This document shows positions 29,496-40,600 of a stretch of 64,000 bases of DNA, one piece after another (the first letter of the stretch is position 1; the number at the start of each line of letters is the position of its first letter). A model generated the notes under the pieces. That model did not search any database. It saw only the letters and a program-made list of their open reading frames with translations, and was not told where the DNA came from. The DNA comes from a virus (taxonomy: Duplodnaviria; Caudoviricetes), in the IMG/VR virus record IMGVR_UViG_3300043077_000092; one strand, 5' to 3'. The translations under genes and the position numbers were made by a program.

Positions 29496-29978
29496 TTATA
29501 TAATGTCGCATATATCGGTACCATTTTCAACGAGGTCTACTTTATCTCTCCATATATCGAGATAGTATTCGGTACTATGAATCGTTTCTTTCATATTGAT
29601 AATCTGTCTAACGATTTCATCATACCGCTCGTCAATAAATGGAATATCTACTAATAAACCGTAATTCCATTCATTCTTAGGACCCGATCTATCCGCTAAG
29701 ATGACGTATGATGCACCACGGATACCGACATTATATTCTAACAAGGTTGATTCAGTCTTTGGATAATATACTTTCCCTGCATAGAAATTAACGGTACCGT
29801 CTGTACGAAATACATCATTGGTATCAAGTGTAAATTCTGAATTGCATGAACTGGCTAAGTCAGGATCTCCTTTAAACAACTGAATCGTATTAAAGTACTT
29901 TTCATGTCGTAATTTGTCAATCTTTTCTCTCTGACTATCAGTAAGTGTATCGTATAGTGGAAAATTTGGATCAAACAT
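29496..29978 (-). CDS. Hypothetical protein
   Basis: 160 aa, RBS GAGGTGG. Confidence 0.7.
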   Translation of the reverse strand: MFDPNFPLYDTLTDSQREKIDKLRHEKYFNTIQLFKGDPDLASSCNSEFTLDTNDVFRTDGTVNFYAGKVYYPKTESTLLEYNVGIRGASYVILADRSGPKNEWNYGLLVDIPFIDERYDEIVRQIINMKETIHSTEYYLDIWRDKVDLVENGTDICDII

Positions 29979-29996
29979 TAATTACCACCTCTCTTA

Positions 29997-31517
29997 TCAA
30001 TTTATTACATTGAATAACCCCTGTATCTTACTCTTAAAGTACTGCTGAATATCGTATGGTTTTGATGTAAATCTGTCAGTAAAGTTATTCGACAAAACAG
30101 TTGCCCAAATCTTCATTCTATCTGAGATATTTTGTCTTGTAATATCAACTCCGCAGTTTACCATAAGAAACTCAAGCATACCTGTACTAAGAAACGTAGC
30201 AGGTTTTTCGTAAGGTTCTACAGGGATAGACAATGTTGAATATAAGTCTTTTACAGATAAGCTTACCTTAACCTCATTTGGTAACCCACCTACATTCCAA
30301 GAACTATCAGCACCTTTATCAATACTAACGCTATCGATAATACCGAGGTTACAGTTAAACCAACCCGGTGAATAGCATTTAACAAGATAAGGTGATTTGT
30401 AAGTGTTTGCAGATAACTGCTGAGGTAAGCATAATCCTAAAATGTGCATAAGTGGAACCCCAATGTTGAGGAACCACGCCTCAGGACAACCATATGGAGT
30501 TGATAGTGTAATTGAGAATGAATAGTTCTTACTGTATTCTGAAGATGACCATATCTCAGGAATTAAGAAATTACCACCACTGATAATGGATTTTGTTGCA
30601 CCAGATATTCTGCTAAGCATTGTTGCTATTGCACCATCACCGGTTGCATATTCTTGAATATAACTATCTACAGAAGAAGCGGAACTACTTGCCAATTCCT
30701 GCACATCAACACCAGTCATCCCTGATATTGTATCAAGCTCTTTTGCAACCCCTTCCAGTTTCTCTGTATAACTTTCAAGTATAGAAGTGGTTGTAGAGTT
30801 AGAGTTTGATTCTCCAAAGGAAGTGTTACTGTCTACATAAAAACGAACCCATTCATTATCTTCCATAAGTGATTTACCTGCGGAAGTCATGGCATTCTTT
30901 ATAAATGCTCCGACCGAGCCACTTCCTGATTTTGTATTAAACGTAACGTCATTAAACTGGTTTTTCAGTGTATAATAACGCCAATCATATTTACCAAAAG
31001 TAACGTTACCTTTTGCCCATGGAACTTTCGTATCAGATATTCCTAAGAATACTGCCATAAGCTTACAAAGGACATTTACCTTTGCCATCATTTCACTGTA
31101 ACATGATTTATGCTGATAATAAAGAAGTGTATCTTCATTATCAGAGCTAATGTTTGAAAATACACTACTGAGTGAACCATTGGAATTGACCGCATCCAAT
31201 ACACCATTTAAGAAACTATTCTTCTGAGAATCTGACATTCCGGGAAGAAAGTCTGCAACACCGGGTTTTAGAGCTACAATCGGTGCTTCCATAACAATCC
31301 TCTCAGCAAAGCATCTTCCCAAATTTGATTTATCTCCAATTCTAGGGTCATTATGAGCAATAAACTGATGGGGCATTCCAAATAAACGCATGGAGTTATC
31401 AACCTTATCTTCTAATGCTGATGTAGAATAATCTGATGTATAAATTGTATTCGTCGTTGATGACGCTGATGTACTTGATGAACTTGATGATTTCTTCGAC
31501 GTCTTTGTCGTTGCCAT
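29997..31517 (-). CDS. Putative baseplate/tail-tube-related virion protein
   Basis: PEIWSSSEYSKNYSFSITLSTPYG..SPYLV..GIIDSVSIDKG..GLPNEVKVSLSVKDL resembles gp48/tube-cap-type folds; lies just downstream of the tape measure gene. Confidence 0.5.
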   Translation of the reverse strand: MATTKTSKKSSSSSSTSASSTTNTIYTSDYSTSALEDKVDNSMRLFGMPHQFIAHNDPRIGDKSNLGRCFAERIVMEAPIVALKPGVADFLPGMSDSQKNSFLNGVLDAVNSNGSLSSVFSNISSDNEDTLLYYQHKSCYSEMMAKVNVLCKLMAVFLGISDTKVPWAKGNVTFGKYDWRYYTLKNQFNDVTFNTKSGSGSVGAFIKNAMTSAGKSLMEDNEWVRFYVDSNTSFGESNSNSTTTSILESYTEKLEGVAKELDTISGMTGVDVQELASSSASSVDSYIQEYATGDGAIATMLSRISGATKSIISGGNFLIPEIWSSSEYSKNYSFSITLSTPYGCPEAWFLNIGVPLMHILGLCLPQQLSANTYKSPYLVKCYSPGWFNCNLGIIDSVSIDKGADSSWNVGGLPNEVKVSLSVKDLYSTLSIPVEPYEKPATFLSTGMLEFLMVNCGVDITRQNISDRMKIWATVLSNNFTDRFTSKPYDIQQYFKSKIQGLFNVIN

Positions 31518-31554
31518 AGAGCATTCACCCCTTTCCATTTTAATTAACAAAGAG

Positions 31555-31585
31555 CAGAGTGATAAGGTTGTTCCTTATCACTCTG
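31555..31585 (-). terminator. Stem-loop terminator
   Basis: CAGAGTGATAAGG / CCTTATCACTCTG. Confidence 0.65.
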
Positions 31586-31604
31586 TCTTAAATCACATGA
31601 TTTT

Positions 31605-34600
31605 CTAGCTGAGTAAGCCTGCGGCTACTCGCTTTGCCATTGAGTACTCTGACCTATCAGCGGTTTTATCCCTATCGGAACTATTATCGCTTTTGTCTGT
31701 TGTACCCACTAAGTTGTTTGTAGTATTCACCTGAGAGTAACTACCACCGAAGTCTTTGCTATTAAGCTCTTCCAACTCAGTATTTGTGTTTCCTGTGTTA
31801 TCAGCAATCTTAGACAGATAATCCAATGCTAATTTAATCATTTGTGACATGTCATTGGTGTTCTGAGTAGCATTGCTCTTAATCTTATCAATTGCTGATG
31901 AAGCAGACTCTCTGATAGACGATGTAACTTGAGATACTTTACTCTCTCCACGTCCACCAATTTGATTCTGTTTATTACTTAATGACTGAGAAACTCTCTT
32001 GATAGGCCTACCACCATCAAGTCCACCAGAACCACCATTAGCATACTCGTTATAGAATCCCTTCGCATATGCGACACGCTTATCAATACGGGGCCATGAA
32101 GCACGTTCAACTGCTGCCTCAAACTGCCTTGTAGCAGTATCAACATCTGTCGAGTTCTTCCAAGCATCGAATGTGGTAGGCGTTGTACCAGCTACCTCAA
32201 AGTTGGTTTTCCCTGCGGCGCCATGTCCTACATTAGAACCATAGGTTGCTTTCTTGTTGAAGTATGCAACAGATGAATCTGGTAATTCAGTGGCAAGGTA
32301 TCCAATCTGAGGTTCAATGGTGTACCATTGTGCACCCATCTTATTAGCGTAATTCTTAAGATTAGCGAATCGTCCAGTCTCCCATTGGAATATACCATGG
32401 GCTACTGCACTATCACTCTTACCAGATTCTGGATTAATACCAGACTCCTGTTGAGCATTACCAAGAATAGCTGCTGTTGCTGCTTTGGAATATCCGTTCT
32501 GTGTAAAGTAGTTCCAAATCTTCTGGGCATTAGATGAACCAGTAACACTAGCTGCATCAATTGTTGTACCCGTATAAGCTGAACTATCAGATGAAGAACT
32601 ATCATAACTTCCACTAGAAGTTGATGTTGAGGTTGATGAATCATCACTCGTATCAAGACCAAATGCTTTCTTGATTGGGCTTATTGCAGCATCTGCTAAT
32701 CCACTTAATAATTCAGTGAAACTACTAAATGAACTTCCTGATGAAGAAGATGCTACGGATGAAGATGACGACGAATCCGTATAGGAAACATCTGCCGTAC
32801 TAGAACCATCAACTGCATATGATGATAATGCATTATCTCCTGCGGCACCGCATCTCCAAATTGTCTTATATGCACTATGACCAGATACTGTAGGAACGGC
32901 ACTGTTACAAGACTTATCAGAACCGCAGTTATAAACATAATGCTGTCCATTCTGGTTATATGCAAATATTTCAGTATGTCCAGTTATACCAAGGATATCA
33001 CCCTCCTTCAAGTTATCCCAACCGGGCCAGTTGTAAGGAGTAAATCCAGTAGCTTTCATTGTTGAGTTTCCAGCATTCTGGACATCAGAAGAAGTTAAGT
33101 TCTTTCCTTCATCCATTACACCGAAGTACTTCAAACATGTCTGAACATATCCTGAGCAGTCAGTACGTACCTTAATAGAACGTCCACCAACTGTAATCGT
33201 TGTATATCGAGACTGAGAATATCCAAGTTGTTGAGCTGCTATTGCTTGCTTAACTGCTCTAACGATAGATATCCACTTAGATAGTGCCGTAGTTGCAACA
33301 TTTGTTGATGTTGAATCATCATCTGTATCAGATGCATATACTGTTGCACCGCGTCCACCTCTTAAGAGTCTTGATGCAGTACGTTTAGCACCACTGCCAA
33401 AACCACCTGCTTGTCCACCGAACGACCAAGCTCCAGTTGTATCGTTCATAACATCGGACATTCTGTATTCACCAGAGTATTCTTTACCTCTTGGATCATT
33501 GATGATTACATTATTTCCATCTATTCCAGTCGCTGTTACATAGTGACCTTCTGATGTATATGGGCTATTGTTTGAACCGCCTTTTGCGCCCTGTAATATA
33601 ACAGGATTTCCATTTGCAAGAGAGGTTTGTACTGACTCTGCTGTTGGAGAAACCTGCTGATTTGGAATACCAAGAGCATTTCCAGCAGCACTAAAGTATC
33701 CCGGTGTTGTACCAACACTGGTACTGTAGCCACCGTCTTCAGCCATTCGAGCCATTGTAGCAGGGTTATAATCTCTACCAGTGAATTTAGATGCAACCAT
33801 TGCCATTGCAGTAGGTCCGCAACCACTATCACCGATTGTATCATCACCACTACCAAAACCACCTGTCTGCCTGTACGGTTTATTCTTATATCTAGGATCA
33901 TTCTGAGAGTAATAAGGCATTCCATTGAGTTCTTCTCCAGAACCACCTTTTCCTCCAACTGGACGACCACCATCGTTTCCACCTCGACCGAGGTTCATGA
34001 TAGCAGTTCCTGCTGAATTTACCTTGTCTGATACCCAGTTAAGTGCACTAGATGCACCAGATTTAACCGTACTTGCTGCGTTTGATACACCCTCTTTTAC
34101 GTTGTCTACTGTATCAGATACACCTTCTTTTATATTGTCAACAGCATCACCAACGAAATCGAATGCATTCTTTACACTTCGTACAATTCCTACATAAACC
34201 CACATTACCTTCTTAATGATAGAGGACAGTACGCTACCAACTACATCATCATCGCTTGTAGCCATGGATTCGTTATCCCAACCACTAAGGTCTTTATCTG
34301 GGTCAGTGTATTGATTTAACTTAGATACGAATGTACTAACTGATGTGCCGTAATCTTTTACGGCTGTAACTTTTTCTCCGATGAAAGATTTAATCTTCTT
34401 ACCAACGGAAGTTACCATTGCAAGAGGTGTGAGTAATACTTTCTCAACACCCAATACAGCGTTTGCAAAACTACCGACTGGGTTACCCTCTTCATCTACT
34501 TCTGCATATCCCTTTAATCCTTCTACATCTCCTGATATAGCAAGACTTCCAAGGTCTGTAGAACCTGTAATGATTTGAGATCCCGTTGATGCTACTGTAG

Positions 34601-37600
34601 TAACAATTCCCTTTACTCCCTCGACAATCTTCTTACCACCAGCTACTACAAGAGCTAACGGATAGTGGAAGATACGGGATACTCCAACCATTGCACTTAC
34701 AAATCCAGATACTGGATTATCTTCCGAAGTCGTAACTTCGTAATTTCCGAGACCGTCCAAATCTCCAGATAGAGAAAGTTGATTCAAAGTGGAGACATTT
34801 GTACTATAATCGGTAGCAGCACTCTTAACTCCAGAGATAATTCCCTTTACTCCCTCGACAATCTTCTTACCACCAGCTACTACAAGAGCTACTGGGTAAT
34901 TGAATACTCTAGTTACTCCGAGTAAACCAGATACAAGTCCGCCTAATGGGTCATCTTCAGAAGTAGATATTTCGTAACTAGACAAACCTGCTACATCACC
35001 TGAACGAGCTAATTGATTAATATTAGCAAGGTTTGTACTATAATCAGAGAATACAGTCTTTCCTGTGTTAAGAAGCTTGCCAACTCCGTCAGCAATTGCT
35101 CTACCAACTTTCTTAAGTATTCCTGCAACTAAAAGCTTCGGGAACATAGTAAATTTAGCAATATTGAGAACGCCACCAACGATACCGTGGAATGGATTAT
35201 CCTCATCAACTGTATTTACATCTGATTTGAAGTAATCTGCAAAACTATTGTCCTTATTATAGAAGTTATCTTCAATTGTCTTATATCCAGTTGCAAGTCC
35301 CTTAGCCGCATCTACGCCAGATTTAGCAATGTTGCTTATAGAAGAACCTACATTACTGAATATCTCCTTACCTTTGTTGAATACAGTTGATACTCCAGTA
35401 CTAATTGCCTCTTTAGCAGTACTAATACCACCAGAAACAGCTTGACCAACCTTACTATTTTTAATAGCAGAACCAACTCCAGTAACTTTATCCTTAACCC
35501 AAGAACCAGCACCAGATACAGCACTAACGACTGTTGAACCAGCTTTCTTAAGTCCAGAACCAACTCCTTTAACTGCATTTCCAATTCCTTTACCGACACC
35601 TTTGACAGCATCAAATCCTCTCTTAAAGAGAGACTTATTGGTATTAGAATTGTACTCACTTCTCGTTGTAGACAAATCAGATGCTTTAAAGTCTTCGAGG
35701 GACATTGCCTCTTGACCTTGTTCCTCTGTACTCTTAACGTACGCTTCGTATTCTTTCTCAACGTAATCCTCATATCCCTTTGTGAAGTCTTCCTGTTTTG
35801 CATCAAGTGCCGCAGCATCTTCATCATCAGAGAATAATTTATACGTATATGAAGCAATTACCTTGATAAAGTTCATACCAAGGATTTCATAAATCATACT
35901 ATTGATAAAATCGATAATAGAACCAACTGTTGTACTCATAAGACCACTGAATACAGCAGAAATGAGTCTCATCTTGGTATCTACGTCTTCCGAATTAACC
36001 TCAAAGAGATATCCCGCATTAGCAGCACCATTGACGACACCATATACCGCAAATCCAACGTCGAGTGCAATTGCAACAGTACGTCCACTGATTTTACCCA
36101 TAAAATTAGCAATCTTCTCTTTAAATCCTGCAAGAACATCGCTCTTGAAGAATTTCTCAGAGAGCATCTTTGTTATATCATCAAAACTACTAACTGGAAT
36201 ATTAAGACCAAGTTTCTCTCCAGCGGCAGCTAATTTAGATATAAGGAATTCTATTGCACTCTTACCTTTTTCAATAAAGGTTTGAATGACTTTAGAATCA
36301 CCAACTTGTTTAACCGCATTATCTGCAACTTTAGTTATACTAGATACAGCGTTATCCGCAACACCTACAACTTTACCTGCAACCTTCTGAGCAGTACCAG
36401 CTTCGCTTGCGAATGCTGAACCAGCAGCTTTTAGAGCATTATAATCTCTACCAGAAGTTACGAAGTTAGTTGCCGCAGTCTTAGCTGCGGATACAGCAGT
36501 TGATGCAACTTTCTTAGTACCCTTAACAACCGCCTTACCTGCTTTACTATTAAGAGCTTTATCGACTTTCTTAATACCATACGACAATCCCTTACCAGCA
36601 AGTTTTACAGTTGTACCAGAAGTACCAGTCCATTCTTTCTTATTCTCCCACTTACCAGTTTCAGTATCAATTCTAGTTCTAGTAGGAGTAAGAGCCGCAC
36701 TAATACGACTAACTTTATTTGTTTCTGTAACGAGATTTCCATCTTCATCGTATACAAGATTTCCATCATCATCAACCTGATAAGTAGTTTCCTCTCCAGT
36801 AGCGACTGATTCACCCTGAGTTATTTTCTCTTTGAGATTATTAATTGCACCACTAATTCCACCAATCTCAGACCAACCATCTGTAACGGTTTTTGCTAAG
36901 CTTACTAATAAGTCACCAAGTTTAAGGTTCTTGAATAACTTAATGAAGATTGGAAGTAATGCAATAATACCAGCCGTAATTAAACCTTTCTTGCTGAATA
37001 TGCTACTAAAGAGTGACTTATGTTCTTCAGTACTCTCAGAGGTTCTACCAAGATAAGTAAGCATCTTTGTTCTAAACTCAGATTCTTCTTTGTCTTTATC
37101 TGCCGCAGCAAATCTTGAAAGAAGAGAGGTTCTTGAGCCTTTATCAACCTGAGATTGTCTATTGGCAATCTTCTCACTCATCTTATCTCTGAAGTTACCG
37201 ATTGCAGAACCACCTGTAGCCTCGACATTGTCTGTCTTATCGGTATCATCATCGGCAGGTCCACCAGCGGTTAAGTTTGTACTAACTGAAGTATCTCCTG
37301 CATTATTGTCTATCATATCTGGTTTAGTAGGAGTTCCTTCTTCACCACCACCAAGACCAAATAAATCTGGCAATGCACCAGCTTTCATTACGCTTACACT
37401 ACCAAGAGCTTTCATAATATTCCTGATAGCAGATTTAGTTACTCCATCTACAATTACATGAAGTTTGGATTGTTTCTTACGTCCAAATCCACCAGTAAAG
37501 TCAGATACAGAAGTACTTATTGGAGCTGGCTTGATAGGCTTGATTGGTTTACCGCCATCATTACCACCAGAACCGCCAAGTCCCTTAACTTCCTTCACTT

Positions 37601-40600
37601 TCTTTACAGTCTTTACTAAATCAAGTGTACCACTATCTACGATAACGTGCTGAACTTTACCTCTACCTAATAGTCCTTTGCCAGCACCACTGAGTAATTT
37701 AAACGGTGCAGATGCAACATTTCCAACGACATTGAGCGCTGTTTTTCCTACAGCTTTTGCGCCAGTCCATAATCCTTTAAGAGCTTCGGCTCCAATCAAT
37801 CCCACTGATTTGAGGATACTACCAAGCCCAGACATTGCTCCGCCAACCAATTGACCAAATCCCTTAGCGGCTCCAGCTATTGTATTTCCGATTGCTTGTA
37901 CACTATCAACTACAACCGAACCAGCAACCTTTAATCCATCTCCGAGTAGAGATACTCCTGTCTTTAATACTTCTCCGATAGCAGGTAATGCTGAACGAAT
38001 AGCAGACAGTGCTGTATGAGCTATATCAAGAGGTAACTTGACAAGTTCTTTTAATATACTTCCAACGCCCTTTGCAATTCCACCAAGACCACTTATTAAA
38101 GACTTACCAGCTTTTGATAAAAGCCCACCAATGTTCGTAATCCTCTTTACGAATGAATGACCAATATCTGCAATCTTTCTAAACGGTGCAGTTATAATAT
38201 TTCCAATTGCTTGGAACGGACGATTTAATGCTGTACGAATCCTACCAAAGAATCCAACATAAGACTTATTATTATCTCCCTTGATATCTTCGTCTTTCTC
38301 ACCAAATTTCTTCAATAAGAGTCTGTAAATCTTATTGATGTTACTACCAACACCATTCAACTGACCATATACAGAATTTGCAATTTGAGATACATCTTTC
38401 TTTACGCTAGTATAGAAATCGGAGTCAATTTTAGGTGCAGAATAATTCTGACTCTTTGATGTACCTTGTGACTTAGAACTCTGATCAGCAGGAGATACAG
38501 ATACTTTCGTATTATCTGGTTCATATCCGCTTGTAGTTTCAGATTTCTTAGTCTTATTCTTAAATGCACCGGTTGTATTACTCTTTGCAGATGCATTAGG
38601 CGACGTTGCATTAGTAGACTTAGTCTTAAACTTATCTACAACACTTTCTGGGATTGACCAAGACTCACCATTCTTAGTAGCCTGAATCTCACCGGACTTT
38701 ATCATACGTCTAACTTCAGCTCTACTTAATCCAGTACGTCTAGCAAATTCACTTGCAGAAATACCGCTTGGTTGATTTGTAGATACCTTAGTTGCTGACG
38801 AATTAGTTCCACCAGTAGGTGGTGTATAAGAAGGTGCAGAAACAGATGTACCATTTCTGATAGCCATATCCTTTGCAGCAACTCTAGCTCTAACAGCAGC
38901 CTGTTCTCTGGCTTGACGTTCATATCTTTCGACAGTCTGACCACGCTCATAATAAGCACCTTGGTCACTAAACTGAGCAGCATTTCGTTTATCTTTGTCA
39001 TATTTCTCTTTGTTCATCTTTGACCAGAGACTTACTCTCTCTGGAGTTTTACGAAGACGAGCAAAGAATCCTAACTTCTTACCGTTCTCATCAGTTAATA
39101 GAGCATCTCTGTCTGATTTATACTTCTCGTCAACTCCCTGCTCATATCCTTTGACTCCACGTTTCTTCTGTCCTTCATAAGCGGATTTACCTACACCACT
39201 TATTGCTCTAAACGGAGCCGCTATAATATTACCGATGATCTTACCAAGACCACCAAAAATTTTGCTTAAAGTATTCTTCAAAGGTTGAATGAAATGTTTA
39301 TCAACCGCTTCACCAATTGGTTTTGTTATGTTTGTATGAATAGATTCTTTGACGGAATTAAATAATCCGTCTACTTTCTTTTTGATTACTCCACCAAGAT
39401 GCTTTGCTTCAGTTACAATTGGATCGATTGCATACTTAAATGGGATAACCATGTTCTCTTCAACAAATCCCATTATATGGTTTTGGGCGATTTTAACTGA
39501 TTTAGCAAGAGGAGTAAATAACTTTTCCTTTGTAAAATCTGTAAACTTAGTGAGAACTCCACCCTTTCGTTTTCCAGTACCGTCATCTTCTCCAAAGAAC
39601 CAAGTCTTGAATTTATCAGTTGCAGTACCAACGGATAAAGCAGAGCCTAATAATGCATTAAGAATGGGACCACCCGGTAAGAAGAATGAACCAACAAGAC
39701 CTACACCAGCGCCAATACCAGCGTCTATTGCAAGTCCTTTCATGTTCTTATCTTTACCGAATATCTGCTTTAACTTAGCAGTAATTCCACCAGTAGGATT
39801 ATCCTTTGTACCACCTTCTCCATATAAGAGGTTCTGGAACTCAGTCGTCTTTGTTGCAAGCGATACAGCTCCACCAACAAGTGCTCCACCAATTGGACCA
39901 CCCGGGAAGAAGAACGAAGGTAATAGACCATAAGTTGCAGCTAATCCACCAAGACTACCAACTGTTATACCCGTCTTATTATTCTTGAAGAAATCCTGTA
40001 CTTCCTTGGTGATAAGCCCACCGGTACGATAAGTATTGCCGTTTTCGTCTTGATCTTCAGGTCCAAATAAGTAATTCTTTAAACCTGTTGATTTAGATGC
40101 AATACCAATTCCTGCTCCGAGTAATGCTCCACCAATCGGACCACCCGGTAAAAACATAGAGCCAAGTAATCCCATATGTCTATGGAATACCATGGTTCCA
40201 ACGGCACCAAGTACAGCAGATGCACCAACGTATCCTTTCTGACCTTTCATATCCTCTTTGAACTGCTTTACGAATTCTGAAGAGTTTCCAGTCTGTCCAA
40301 ATACGTTATCAGAGAATTCATTTGTACGTTCTTTTAATCTATCAAATACTGCATCTATTCCAGTAGAAATTCTTGTACCAAGACTTTCTTTTGGTTTATC
40401 TGCATCTAATCCAATAGCTGAACTAACAGATGAAGTTACGTTATTGAACATACGTTTTATATTTCCAACAACGCTATTATCCTGCTCAAGTGGTAAAGGT
40501 TTTCCATCAGGTCCTTTCTCACCTAAGATGACAATCTTAACATTAGCCCCCATATTCTTCAGTTCATTTGCAGTTTCACTAAATAAACCACCTGAACGAA

